A DNA stretch of 48,101 bases from IMG/VR virus record IMGVR_UViG_3300042461_000028, positions 1 through 48,101 of that record. The stretch is one strand, 5' to 3'. The position numbers and the translations under genes are program-made. This DNA is from a virus. Below are positions 1 to 9,323 of this stretch, in pieces. Position 1 is the stretch's first letter; each line of letters opens with the position of its first letter. The notes under the pieces were generated by a model that made no database searches, was not told the DNA's origin, and saw only the letters and a list, made by a program, of their open reading frames with translations.

Positions 1-127
1 TGGGGCCTCAAGCCTCTGCGGCGTAGATCTGAGATCCTTTCAGGGAGCCAAAACAACTTGAGCAACCGAGGGGAAGCGACTCGGTGCCTTTTCAGGGCCT
101 CGACATGATCGGGGCCTTTCTGTTTTC
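1..127. repeat. terminal direct repeat, copy 1 (= 47975..48101)
   Basis: First 127 nt (tggggcctcaagcctctgcgg...ggggcctttctgttttc) recur exactly as the last 127 nt; unique unit 47,974 bp closes on itself. Confidence 0.95.
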
Positions 128-242
128 GGCTCCACCACACCCATTGCCCCGAGCTGGGAGTGCTGCTGGAGCTGATTCAACTTCGCCGCTGCTCCCCAGC
201 GTTTGGCCGATCACACCGGCCCTTTTATTCACGGTACCGCCC

Positions 243-560
243 ATGACTGAAGTATCGCGCATTGCAGACAGCACGGCGTTCAAGGTCGTCGTCCCGATCC
301 TGCAAACGATCCTGTCAGCTGGTGCCATTGGTGCGTTCGTCTACGTGGTCGGCTCGCTCGGTTCGCTCCAGATGCAGCTCGCCGCCTACCAGACCAACCA
401 GGCCCTAATCGGGCAAAGGGTGGATTCTTTGGAGAGGTCCAGGGAGTCGACAGACAAGTTGGTCGATTCCCTTCGAGTGAACACCCAGCGCCAAGAATTC
501 AAGATCGACCAGGTAGGGGAGAGTCTGAAGGCCCTCGTCCAAACAGGTAGACCCAAGTGA
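243..560 (+). CDS. membrane-anchored coiled-coil protein, i-spanin-like topology (105 aa)
   Basis: ATG 243 inside ORF 84..560. The upstream part is Pro-rich with lower third-position GC. One N-terminal hydrophobic span (FKVVVPILQTILSAGAIGAFVYVVGSLGSL) is followed by a charged heptad-like helix. Stop overlaps the next start (GTGA 557-560). Confidence 0.55.
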   Translation: MTEVSRIADSTAFKVVVPILQTILSAGAIGAFVYVVGSLGSLQMQLAAYQTNQALIGQRVDSLERSRESTDKLVDSLRVNTQRQEFKIDQVGESLKALVQTGRPK

Positions 561-793
561 AGCGCTTACTGATCGTCCTCATTCTGCTCACAGGCTGTGC
601 GCAAAAGGAAGCGATCCAGGAACCACTGAAGGTTCACCGCACAACCGTTTATCGATACACCAGCGAACAATGCCAGCCAGGCCAAGAAGAGCGCCTACGC
701 GAGGCGCTGAAAAGTGCCCGAGAGTGGAAGCGCTATGCCGAAAGCCTGGAAAAACTGCCAGCAGCGAAGACGACCCATGAAATTAATCCCTGA
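557..793 (+). CDS. small lipoprotein, o-spanin-like (78 aa)
   Basis: Signal peptide with lipobox MKRLLIVLILLTGC. Short mature part with one more Cys (SEQCQPG) and a charged helical tail. Translationally coupled to the upstream gene. Confidence 0.6.
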   Translation: MKRLLIVLILLTGCAQKEAIQEPLKVHRTTVYRYTSEQCQPGQEERLREALKSAREWKRYAESLEKLPAAKTTHEINP

Positions 794-1001
794 ATGGCGA
801 AAGGCCTGGCGAATGACCAGTGTGCAACTGGCGATTGTCGGCGTGGTGCTTAATGCCGCGGCTACCGGCTGGTCGTCCTTCCAAGGCTCGGTTGATCCTC
901 TGGTCTACGCCATTGTGAACATGGTGCTCGGTATCGCTGTGGCAGTGTCCAGGGTGATCAAGCAGCCGAAGCTCGCCGATCAGCCAGAACAGAACGAGTA
1001 A
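777..1001 (+). CDS. holin-like small membrane protein (74 aa)
   Basis: ATG 777 within ORF 714..1001. Two hydrophobic spans (VQLAIVGVVLNAAATGW; LVYAIVNMVLGIAVAV) and a charged C-terminal tail (KQPKLADQPEQNE), the class-II holin layout. No family match verified. Confidence 0.45.
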   Translation: MKLIPEWRKAWRMTSVQLAIVGVVLNAAATGWSSFQGSVDPLVYAIVNMVLGIAVAVSRVIKQPKLADQPEQNE

Positions 1002-1056
1002 TCCGCGACACGTTTCGCGAATCAGCAAATTGTGTCGCGACACTGGAGATAATCAA

Positions 1057-1617
1057 ATGGCACTAACCCCAAAGCAGGAGGCCTTCTGCTTGGCCTACCT
1101 GAAGACGGGTAACGCCAGTGAGGCCTACAGACAGGCATACAGTGCTGCCAACATGAAGCCTGAGACGATAAACAACAAAGCCAGCTCCTTGCTCAAGAAG
1201 GGCGAGATTGGGGCGAGGCTTGAACAGCTCAATCAATCGGCCGTCTCTGCCTCGGTCATGACCCGCCAGCGCGCCATGGAACGCCTTAGCCTGATTGCCG
1301 AGACATCCATCACTGACATCCTTGAGTTCGATCAGCTTGAGCTTGATAGCCCTGATGGCCCGGTTAGAGAAACAGTCTGGCGAATGAAGGACAGCGTCGA
1401 GATTGCCGATGTGGCTGCGGCCACCATCAAATCGGTAACCATGACCAAGTTCGGGCCGAAGATTGAGATGTATGACCGCCTGAGCGCTATTCAGCAGCTC
1501 GCCAGGATGCAAGGTTGGGAGTCTGCCCAGAAACACGACCACACCAGCAGTGATGGCAGCATGAGCCCCAAAGGGAAGTCGCTGGACGACTTCTACTCAG
1601 GCGATGTACCAGCTTAA
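1057..1617 (+). CDS. terS: terminase small subunit (Terminase_2/P27-like)
   Basis: ATG 1057 with GGAG 8 nt upstream. N-terminus MALTPKQEAFCLAYLKTGNASEAYRQAYS is the typical HTH start of this family. Directly precedes and overlaps terL. Confidence 0.85.
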   Translation: MALTPKQEAFCLAYLKTGNASEAYRQAYSAANMKPETINNKASSLLKKGEIGARLEQLNQSAVSASVMTRQRAMERLSLIAETSITDILEFDQLELDSPDGPVRETVWRMKDSVEIADVAAATIKSVTMTKFGPKIEMYDRLSAIQQLARMQGWESAQKHDHTSSDGSMSPKGKSLDDFYSGDVPA

Positions 1618-2947
1618 CCCGAACCTTCGTGAGTTTTGGCGGATCAGGAAGCCGTACAAGCTTCTGAAGGGTGGGCGGTTCTCATCGAAGACCCAAGACG
1701 CGGGCGGCATGGCTGCCTTCCTGGCTCGCAACTATACGGTGAAGTTTCTCTGCATTCGCCAGTTCCAGAACCGTATCGCAGACTCGGTGTATACGGTCAT
1801 CAAGGAAAAGATCAATCAGGCCGGTTGGGCGGATGAATTTGATATCGGCGTTTCGTCGATAAAGCACCGCACGACTGGCTCGGAGTTCCTGTTCTATGGC
1901 ATCGCCCGAAACCTGAACGACATCAAGGGTACTGAAGGCGTTGATATCTGCTGGATCGAGGAAGGCGAAGGCCTCACTGAGGAACAGTGGTCAATCATCG
2001 ACCCGACGATCCGCAAGCAGGGGTCGGAGATCTGGATCCTGTGGAACCCCGACCTGGTGACCGACTTTGTACAGGCCAAGCTTCCAAAGCTCCTGGGCAA
2101 CGACTGCGTCATCAAGCACATCAACTACCCCGACAACCCATTCCTGTCCGACACCGCCCGCGCCAAGGCCGAGCGGCTTAAGGAGGCGGATAAGGAGTCG
2201 TACAACCACATTTACCTAGGGCAGCCGCGCACCAACGACGATGCGGCAGTGATCAAGTTCTCCTGGGTAGAGGCATGCGTCAACGCGCACCTGAAGCTTG
2301 GGATGAGCCTGTCCGGCGCGAGAGCCGTTGGTTATGACGTCGCCGACAGTGGTGATGACAGCAACGCCTGTGCGATCTTCGATGGTGCACTTTGCCACGA
2401 ACTCGACGAGTGGAAGGCTGGAGAGGATGAGCTGAACGAGTCGGCCATGCGCGCATGGTCGCACGTTCTTGGCGGCCGACTGATCTACGACAGCATCGGT
2501 AACGGCGCCCACGTTGGTTCAACCCTGAAAGCCGCCCGTATCCATGGCAGGTACTTCAAGTTCAATGCTGCCGGCGCCATCGTGAATCCTGAGAAGGAAT
2601 ACGCGCCCAAGATCAAGAACAAGGACAAGTTCGAGAACCTGAAGGCCCAGGCGTGGCAGGACGTGGCTGATCGCATGCGCAACACGTTCAACGCAGTCAC
2701 CAAGGGGCACAAGTTCAAGGCATCCGACCTGATAAGCATTTCTGGCGACCTCCAGAAGATCGAACAACTCAAGCTCGAGCTTTCCACACCACGCAAGCGC
2801 TACAGCAAGCGCGGACTCGACATGGTTGAAACGAAGGACGAGCTGTCCAAGCGCGGCATTGCCTCGCCCAACCTGGCCGACGCGTTCGTGATGGGCGCAT
2901 GCCCCCACCTGGTGGCAAACGGAAGACCTATTCGAGACCTCCTCTAA
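1604..2947 (+). CDS. terL: terminase large subunit (PBSX/Terminase_3-like)
   Basis: 447 aa. Walker-A-like LKGGRFSSKTQ and Walker-B-like VDICWIEEGE, with a C-terminal nuclease-like half. Position between terS and portal. Confidence 0.9.
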   Translation: MYQLNPNLREFWRIRKPYKLLKGGRFSSKTQDAGGMAAFLARNYTVKFLCIRQFQNRIADSVYTVIKEKINQAGWADEFDIGVSSIKHRTTGSEFLFYGIARNLNDIKGTEGVDICWIEEGEGLTEEQWSIIDPTIRKQGSEIWILWNPDLVTDFVQAKLPKLLGNDCVIKHINYPDNPFLSDTARAKAERLKEADKESYNHIYLGQPRTNDDAAVIKFSWVEACVNAHLKLGMSLSGARAVGYDVADSGDDSNACAIFDGALCHELDEWKAGEDELNESAMRAWSHVLGGRLIYDSIGNGAHVGSTLKAARIHGRYFKFNAAGAIVNPEKEYAPKIKNKDKFENLKAQAWQDVADRMRNTFNAVTKGHKFKASDLISISGDLQKIEQLKLELSTPRKRYSKRGLDMVETKDELSKRGIASPNLADAFVMGACPHLVANGRPIRDLL

Positions 2948-2963
2948 ACAAATCGGTGAACAC

Positions 2964-4340
2964 ATGAGCAAGAAGGGCTTAGTGCCAGCAAACAAAAAGC
3001 TGGGCAAGGCCCTCACTCGGGCCCTGGTTGAATACGAGGCCGGCATGAAGCAAACCAGCGATGGATTGGTGAATGTCGTGTCGGGCCTGGGCACCGAGAA
3101 GGCCAAGCGCTCACACAACCAGTTCGAATACGGGTTCCTCAACAACTTCCAGCAGCTGGACGCTGCATATCAGACCAGTTGGCTTGCCCGGGCAATCGTT
3201 GACTACCCCGCCGAGGACATGACCCGCGAGTGGCGCACCATCAAGTGCGACGACGCGGACGTGATTAGGGCCGAGGAAGATCGGTTGAACCTGCCTGCCA
3301 TGGTCAGTGAGGCAACCAGCTGGGCGCGTCTGTACGGTGGCGCCGGCATCCTGATGCTGACCAATCAGGACCTGACCAAGCCGCTCAGGCCGGAGAAGAT
3401 CAAGAAGGGCGACCTATACCGCCTGCTGGTCATAGATCGCTTCGACATGACCGCGATGGACCTGAACCAGACCAACATCCTGGCCGCAAACTACTTGCAG
3501 CCGGAGTTCTACACCATCTCTGCCGGTGCCCAGCAGATCCATTGGACGCACTTCGCCAGGTTCGCCGGAGCCAAGCTGCCACGCAGGCAGCGCGCTCAGA
3601 CGCAGGGCTGGGGTGACTCCGAGCTGCGCAAGTGCCTCGACGACGTGATGGACATCGTAGCCAGCAAGGACGGCATCGCCGAGCTGATGCAGGAAGCGAA
3701 CGTCGACATCATCAAGCGAGAAGGTCTCTCTGATGAGCTGGCCAGCGATCAGGACGACGCCATCACGGCGCGTTACGCCCTGTTCAGCATGATGAAGTCC
3801 TCGATCAACCTGGCGCTGCTGGATGGTGAAGAGACGTACGACCGCAAGACCCTGGACCTGTCCGGGGTTGCGCCGGTGCTCGACCTGCTCATGACCTGGA
3901 TAAGCGGCGCAGCGGACATCCCGCTCACTCGTCTGTTCGGCACATCTGCCAAGGGCCTCAACGCCACCGGTGAAGGGGACATGGACAACTACTTCAACTC
4001 GCTGTCATCGAAGCGGTTGACGCAGATTGACCCGGGCATGCGCCAACTTGACGAAGTGTTGGTCCGCTCAGCCACTGGCACATGGAAAGACGACTTCAAT
4101 TACGTCTGGAACCCATTCCAGCAGCCTGACGCCGTGGAAATCGCCACGGCCAACAAGGCCAAGGCCGAGACCGACATTCTGTACAAGGACGCCGGCATCG
4201 TCTTGCCAAGCCAGATCATGCGCCGTTTACAGGCCGAGGAGCTCTACCAGTTCGACGACGAGAAGATTGCCGCGCTGGAGGAGGATGAAGACGTGACCAT
4301 GTTCAACGACCCGCCAGGCAAAGGTGACGAGGACGAATGA
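2964..4340 (+). CDS. portal protein (DUF1073/HI1409-type)
   Basis: 458 aa immediately after terL. Sequence (…AAYQTSWLARAIVDYPAEDMTREW…) matches my recollection of DUF1073 portals. Acidic C-terminus. Confidence 0.8.
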   Translation: MSKKGLVPANKKLGKALTRALVEYEAGMKQTSDGLVNVVSGLGTEKAKRSHNQFEYGFLNNFQQLDAAYQTSWLARAIVDYPAEDMTREWRTIKCDDADVIRAEEDRLNLPAMVSEATSWARLYGGAGILMLTNQDLTKPLRPEKIKKGDLYRLLVIDRFDMTAMDLNQTNILAANYLQPEFYTISAGAQQIHWTHFARFAGAKLPRRQRAQTQGWGDSELRKCLDDVMDIVASKDGIAELMQEANVDIIKREGLSDELASDQDDAITARYALFSMMKSSINLALLDGEETYDRKTLDLSGVAPVLDLLMTWISGAADIPLTRLFGTSAKGLNATGEGDMDNYFNSLSSKRLTQIDPGMRQLDEVLVRSATGTWKDDFNYVWNPFQQPDAVEIATANKAKAETDILYKDAGIVLPSQIMRRLQAEELYQFDDEKIAALEEDEDVTMFNDPPGKGDEDE

Positions 4341-4343
4341 CCC

Positions 4344-5159
4344 ATGGACATGATCGGCATCCAGTACAACGCCAAGCTGCAGAGACTGGTGAGGCAGGTC
4401 AAGGCGTCGATCAGCAAGGAGATTATGCCGCTGGTTCGCCAGTTGGCGTCGGAGTACACGCAGGACGCGGTGGTCACGACTGATGCCTGGTCTGACCTGA
4501 TCCTTAATGCCATATCCACATTGGTGAGCCGCTGGTCGTCACCGACGGTCCAGGCCGCCGGTGCACGCATCGCCGGAGAGTTCGTCCAGTCATCGCTCAA
4601 GAAGTCCGAGCGCGACCTGAAGAAGTCAGCTGGGATCGACGTGTACAGCGGCAACGCCGCCATGCAGGACTACCTAAAGGCATCGGCCCAGCAGAACGCC
4701 CAGCTGATCAAGTCCATCCCGGCCAAGTACCTGGAAGAGGTGCAGACGCTGGTTATGGCGAACATGCGCTCCGGCATGCGGCCCAGCTTCATCGAGAAGG
4801 CGTTGCAAGATCAGTTCGGCGTGACCCAGCGCCGGGCCAAGATGATCGCCCGCGACCAGACATCGAAGATCCAGGGCGAGCTGGCCGAGAAGCAGCAGAA
4901 GAGCGCCGGCTTCGAGTACTTCCAGTGGATTGACTCCGACGACAGCCGCGTCCGGCACCGCCACCACGAAATCGCAAACAAGGTCACCGCCTACGGCAAA
5001 GGGATCTACCGCTGGGACGATCTGCCGCTTAGCGCTGACGGCAAGCCGATCAAGCCCGGCTCCGACTATCAGTGCCGATGCATCGCGCGCCCAGTGAGTG
5101 CCCGCGAGGTCCAGGCCAACCAAGACGCAGGCCGTACAGCGCCGGGCGTCCTCAAGTAA
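4344..5159 (+). CDS. head morphogenesis protein, Mu F / SPP1 gp7-like
   Basis: 271 aa. C-terminal RAKMIARDQTSK…DSRVRHRHHE…YQCRCIARPV is the Phage_Mu_F signature region. Follows the portal. Confidence 0.8.
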   Translation: MDMIGIQYNAKLQRLVRQVKASISKEIMPLVRQLASEYTQDAVVTTDAWSDLILNAISTLVSRWSSPTVQAAGARIAGEFVQSSLKKSERDLKKSAGIDVYSGNAAMQDYLKASAQQNAQLIKSIPAKYLEEVQTLVMANMRSGMRPSFIEKALQDQFGVTQRRAKMIARDQTSKIQGELAEKQQKSAGFEYFQWIDSDDSRVRHRHHEIANKVTAYGKGIYRWDDLPLSADGKPIKPGSDYQCRCIARPVSAREVQANQDAGRTAPGVLK

Positions 5160-5184
5160 TTCATCCAATCCGCGAGGCCGCAAC

Positions 5185-6345
5185 ATGAAGTGCACGGTTT
5201 TCGACCGGGTAGGGCACCGCATCACCCATCGAGAGTACACCGACGAGGGTTTCCTCAAGGTGCCGGCCAGGGTGGCCCGTACCGGGATTCAGGAGTACCT
5301 GGCTCGCGAACTCGGGCTCGACGGTGACCCGAACCGCATTGTCCGAGTGTATCGGCCGCCTGAAGAGGTATTCGCACGGGACTCACTGAGCACCTACGAC
5401 GCCAGCGACATCACCAACGACCACCCGAAAGAGCTGGTCACGGCGCTTACCTACAAGGGTGTGGCGGTGGGCGTGGTGCGCGGGCCAGGACGACCAGATG
5501 GCGACTTCGTAGCCGCTGACCTGATCGTCAAGGACCAAAAGACGATCACGGACATCAACGCCGGCAAGTGTGAAGTCTCTGCCGGCTACACCGCAATTTA
5601 CGACGAGGCACCAGGCGTCACCGAAGACGGCCAGGCCTACGACTACGTCCAGCGTGAAATCCGAATCAACCACGTTGCAATCGTTGACAGAGCAAGGGCG
5701 GGCGCCAATGCCCGCGTTTTTGACCACAACCCAGGAGGCAACACAATGCCTGTACTTATCACCACCGATAGCGGGCGCAGCGTTGATGTTGCTGATCCTG
5801 CGAACGCCCAAGTGGTCGCCGACTCGTTCGACCGACTGTTGAAGCGTGCCACTGATGCGGAAACCAAGGCTGATAAGGCCCAGGCAACCGCCGACAAGGC
5901 TGTCGAGGATCTGGCTGAGGCCCGCAAGGCTTCGAGCGATGTCGCCATTGGCGAGCGCGTCAAGGCCATCAGCGAAACCCAGGCGCTGGCCCGCAAGGTC
6001 GCTGGCGACAGCTTCACCTGCGACAGCCTCGACGTGATCGAGATCAAGCGTGCCGCGCTGGCAGTCAAGCGCCCGAAAGTGGCGTGGGGCGACAAATCGG
6101 CCGGCTACGTGGAGGCTGCCTTCGACGCTGAGTCCGAGAAGGACGACGAAGACGACAAGGACGACGACGGCAAGAAAAAGGACATGAAATCCACCGGCGA
6201 CACCGCTGCGCTCTTCGCTCAGTTCATGCAGCTGGCCAAGGACGGTGCGATCACTACCGCGACAACGGATGCTCAGCCAAGCCCGCACCAGCAGCACAAG
6301 CAACAGCTGCGCGATGCCCACAAACAAGCCCAGAAAGGAGCCTAA
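5185..6345 (+). CDS. scaffolding-type protein (DUF2213-like)
   Basis: ATG 5185 within ORF 5098..6345. N-terminal MKCTVFDRVGHRITHREYTDEGFLKVPARVARTGIQEY resembles DUF2213. The C-terminal half is helical with an acidic run (EKDDEDDKDDDGKKKD). Sits between the Mu-F-like and capsid genes. Confidence 0.7.
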   Translation: MKCTVFDRVGHRITHREYTDEGFLKVPARVARTGIQEYLARELGLDGDPNRIVRVYRPPEEVFARDSLSTYDASDITNDHPKELVTALTYKGVAVGVVRGPGRPDGDFVAADLIVKDQKTITDINAGKCEVSAGYTAIYDEAPGVTEDGQAYDYVQREIRINHVAIVDRARAGANARVFDHNPGGNTMPVLITTDSGRSVDVADPANAQVVADSFDRLLKRATDAETKADKAQATADKAVEDLAEARKASSDVAIGERVKAISETQALARKVAGDSFTCDSLDVIEIKRAALAVKRPKVAWGDKSAGYVEAAFDAESEKDDEDDKDDDGKKKDMKSTGDTAALFAQFMQLAKDGAITTATTDAQPSPHQQHKQQLRDAHKQAQKGA

Positions 6346-6347
6346 CC

Positions 6348-6842
6348 ATGCCAGTTATCGGTGGTAACGCAATCAACCACGGCGTCGCCTATGCGGGCAT
6401 GGTCGCCGACGGCGAGCTGTCCAACGCCGTGTCCAAGGTCAACAAAGGCACCGTGAACATCGCTTTCGGCCTGGGTGTCGTGAGTGATGGCGACGACGGC
6501 GCCAAGCTTCCTGTAGCCGCATCGACCGCGGCCAACTTCATCGGTGTCGTCAAGCGCGAACTGAACCGCGCCTATGCCGCCGGTGATGTGGTCGGCGCGG
6601 TAGCCAAGCGCGACATGTCGGTCGAAACCACGGCGCCCATTTGGGTTACTGCTCGCGTAGCGGTTGCCAAGGATGACCCAGTATATCTGGTCGTCGGCGA
6701 CGGTACCGGCACCAACCAGGGCCAGTTCTCCAACGTTGTTGGCGCCGCCACAACTTTGGCCGTTCTGATCCCGGACGCCAAATGGGTCAGCTCCGCCGGC
6801 GCCGGCGCACTGGCAAAAATTTCTCTCAAGGTCGGGGGCTAA
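6348..6842 (+). CDS. head decoration / cement-type protein (DUF2190-like)
   Basis: 164 aa, Gly/Ala/Val-rich beta-type sequence, strong SD (AAGGAG), immediately upstream of the major capsid gene. Confidence 0.55.
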   Translation: MPVIGGNAINHGVAYAGMVADGELSNAVSKVNKGTVNIAFGLGVVSDGDDGAKLPVAASTAANFIGVVKRELNRAYAAGDVVGAVAKRDMSVETTAPIWVTARVAVAKDDPVYLVVGDGTGTNQGQFSNVVGAATTLAVLIPDAKWVSSAGAGALAKISLKVGG

Positions 6843-6847
6843 TCGAC

Positions 6848-7879
6848 ATGACTCAGCTTAAAAAAATCGTCGTAGCCATCGATGCCGCCATTGCGCACCA
6901 GATTGGCCGTGATGCCTACCAAGTGACCTTCAACGACGGTCTGCCGACCCTCGACGACGGCCTGGCGTTCTATATCAGCCAGCTGGCGAACCTGGAATCT
7001 CGTATCTACGAGGCCAAATACGCTGCGATCAACTACGCCGAGCTGATCCCAGTCCAAACCGACATGCCTGAATGGGCGGACAGCTGGGACTACATCAGCT
7101 ACGACGCCGTCACCATTGGCAAATTCATCGGATCCAGCGCTGACGACCTGCCGAACGTTGCGCTGTCGGCGAACAAGTCGTCCGTGCCGATCGGCTACGC
7201 TGGCAACATGTACGACTACAGCCTGGACGAGCTGCGCAAGTCGCAACAGCTGCGCATTCCGCTGGACTCCACCAAGGCGCGTGCCGCTTTCCGTGGCGCC
7301 CAGGAACACACCCAGCGCGTTGCGTACTTCGGTGACGCCACTCGCGGCATGACCGGCGCGTTCAACAATCCGAACCTGGCCCTGTCGAACTCGACTCTGA
7401 ACTGGTTCGACCCTGCCACCACCGGCATGCAGATCGTTGAGGATGTCGATGACTTCCTGGGCGACATCTGGACCAACTCGGCCACCGTGCACGTGCCTAA
7501 CACCCTCGTGCTGGACTCGGCGCGGTGGCGTCGTATCAACAGCATGCCGATGTCCAAGGAGCTGCCGAACACCACTGTTCTGCAGTACCTGAAGGAAAAC
7601 AACGTCTACACCGGCCTGACAGGCCAGCCACTGCGCATTGAGCAGCGGCTGCAATTGTCAGCCGCCCAGCTCGCCGCCAACGGCGTGTCCAACGGCAACA
7701 AGGACCGCATGATGGCCTACGAGCTGAACGACGAGAACCTGGGCATGCAGGTTCCGATCCCATGGCGCTCCCTGGCTCCGCAGATGCACAACCTGATGGT
7801 CAAGGTTCCCTGCGAGTACAAGATCAGCGGTGTTGAATTCCGCTATCCGTTCTCCGGCGCGTACCGCGATCAGTTCTAA
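6848..7879 (+). CDS. major capsid protein (DUF2184 / HK97-fold type)
   Basis: ATG 6848 within ORF 6782..7879. 343 aa; sequence (…LANLESRIYEAKYAAINYAELIPV…) resembles DUF2184 capsid proteins. Followed by a strong hairpin. Confidence 0.8.
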   Translation: MTQLKKIVVAIDAAIAHQIGRDAYQVTFNDGLPTLDDGLAFYISQLANLESRIYEAKYAAINYAELIPVQTDMPEWADSWDYISYDAVTIGKFIGSSADDLPNVALSANKSSVPIGYAGNMYDYSLDELRKSQQLRIPLDSTKARAAFRGAQEHTQRVAYFGDATRGMTGAFNNPNLALSNSTLNWFDPATTGMQIVEDVDDFLGDIWTNSATVHVPNTLVLDSARWRRINSMPMSKELPNTTVLQYLKENNVYTGLTGQPLRIEQRLQLSAAQLAANGVSNGNKDRMMAYELNDENLGMQVPIPWRSLAPQMHNLMVKVPCEYKISGVEFRYPFSGAYRDQF

Positions 7880-7892
7880 CCACCTGAACCAT

Positions 7893-7923
7893 GGCCGCCT
7901 CCGCTATGCCCGGGGCGGCGGCC
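7893..7923 (+). promoter_or_regulatory. GC-rich stem-loop after the capsid gene (no U-tract)
   Basis: ggccgcc(7893-7899) pairs with ggcggcc(7917-7923), plus inner pairs. Lies 14 nt after the capsid stop. Could be an mRNA-stabilising or attenuating hairpin. Confidence 0.4.
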
Positions 7924-7947
7924 AATGACTCCGGGCGAGGATTCGAC

Positions 7948-8265
7948 ATGTTCCTGAAGAACGAAGCAGCACGACTGATCACCATCCACCATTTGGTGAG
8001 TGGCGAGAAGGCCTCTTACAAGATCCTGCCGGGCGAAAACCCTGCGGTTGAAGTGCCGGACGAGGTTGCCAAGCTAGATTTCGTCAAGGCCCTGCTGCAA
8101 AACGGCGACCTGCGCCGTGTTGGCGAGGATGAGTTGGACGCTGAAGATGATGATGGCGACGACATCGAAGCTCTGCGCGAACAGGCTGGCAGAGCTGGCG
8201 TAAAGGTCAACAAGACCTGGGGCAAAGCGCGTCTGCTCGAAGAGATCGCCAAAGTAGCCAAGTAA
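7948..8265 (+). CDS. hypothetical head-associated protein (105 aa)
   Basis: ATG 7948 with GAGGA 7 nt upstream; the longer ORF start at 7891 lies inside the hairpin. Acidic centre and a C-terminal helix-extended-helix-like tail (KVNKTWGKARLLEEIAKV). Confidence 0.6.
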   Translation: MFLKNEAARLITIHHLVSGEKASYKILPGENPAVEVPDEVAKLDFVKALLQNGDLRRVGEDELDAEDDDGDDIEALREQAGRAGVKVNKTWGKARLLEEIAKVAK

Positions 8266-8304
8266 CACCCGGGCGCCTGGCGCCCACTCATTCAAGGTGA
8301 ACGC

Positions 8305-8724
8305 ATGCAAATTACGCCGGAAATGATCGCCGCCTTTCGTGCCGATCCGCTGATGAAGGCGTTCGCCGACCCTGCGAAGTGGTCGGACGCAGTCATCACC
8401 GAGGCGCTTTGCGAAGCGGACACCGAAACAGGGTCGTCTCGCTGGGGCGCCCTGGAGATCACCTGCTGCAACTTCAAGTGGCGCGGCATGAAGTACTACG
8501 CCGCACACTGGTTATCGACAAACTTCGGTGCGCTAGGGGATGGTAGTACGCCAAATCCTGAAGCCCGCTTGAACGTGGCCGAGAAATCGGTGGGCGATGA
8601 ATCGATCTCCTACCGCGTCCCTTCGATGATGGACGCCGGGACCGACTGGCTGACCTACACCAACTACGGCCAGCAGTTCTATCGGCTCAAGAAGCGCGCC
8701 GGGATGGGCGCCAAGGCGGTCTGA
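8305..8724 (+). CDS. head-tail connector/adaptor protein (DUF4054-like)
   Basis: 139 aa. SD AAGGTGA. Position and sequence (…YYAAHWLS…[15 protein letters not shown]…) fit DUF4054. Confidence 0.6.
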   Translation: MQITPEMIAAFRADPLMKAFADPAKWSDAVITEALCEADTETGSSRWGALEITCCNFKWRGMKYYAAHWLSTNFGALGDGSTPNPEARLNVAEKSVGDESISYRVPSMMDAGTDWLTYTNYGQQFYRLKKRAGMGAKAV

Positions 8725-9323
8725 TGATCACTCTCGACATCCAAGGCTTCCAAGAGCTGCAGGACGAGCTCATGAAAGAACTGAACGCCCTGAAGTCGGA
8801 CAAGGTCGTCACCGTTGGTATCCATGAAGAGGCCGGCAGCGTTGAGTCCGGCGACATCACCATGGCCGGGCTTGGCGCTACTCATGAGTTAGGTGCCGAG
8901 ATCAAGCACCCGGGCGGCACCTCCTACGGCTACGCCAGCAAGGCCGCTGCCGACCGCGATGAAGTCCGCTTCCTCAAGAAGGGCGCCGGCTACATGGAGC
9001 TTGGCGTGACCCAGGCGCACAACATCACCATCCCGGCAAGGCCATGGCTTGAGCCTGGTGTCGCCAGTGCGACGCCCGAGGTGCTGCTGACCATTCAAGA
9101 CGGCATGGAGGCTGGGCAGTCGATGGATCAAATCCTTGAGGCTGTAGGTGTCGTGGCGGCGGGCAAGGTGAAGGTCTACATGACCGAACTGAAGACGCCG
9201 CCCAATGCCGCCTCCACGATCCGCAAGAAGGGCAGTTCGAACCCGCTGATTGACACCGGGGCCATGCGCGCCTCGGTCACTCACAAAGTGTCGATCGGCC
9301 CCGTTACGGAGGGCTTGGAATGA
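8724..9323 (+). CDS. head-tail joining protein (HK97 gp10-like)
   Basis: 199 aa. TGATG coupling to the upstream gene. Motif ITIPARPWLEP is typical of gp10-like neck proteins. Confidence 0.5.
   Translation: MITLDIQGFQELQDELMKELNALKSDKVVTVGIHEEAGSVESGDITMAGLGATHELGAEIKHPGGTSYGYASKAAADRDEVRFLKKGAGYMELGVTQAHNITIPARPWLEPGVASATPEVLLTIQDGMEAGQSMDQILEAVGVVAAGKVKVYMTELKTPPNAASTIRKKGSSNPLIDTGAMRASVTHKVSIGPVTEGLE

Noticed and set aside
84-242. N-terminal extension of ORF 84..560 (GTG 84 or ATG 105)
   Set aside because: The extension is Pro-rich and low-complexity, with clearly lower third-position GC than the part after ATG 243. It overlaps the terminal repeat and a hairpin with a U-tract.
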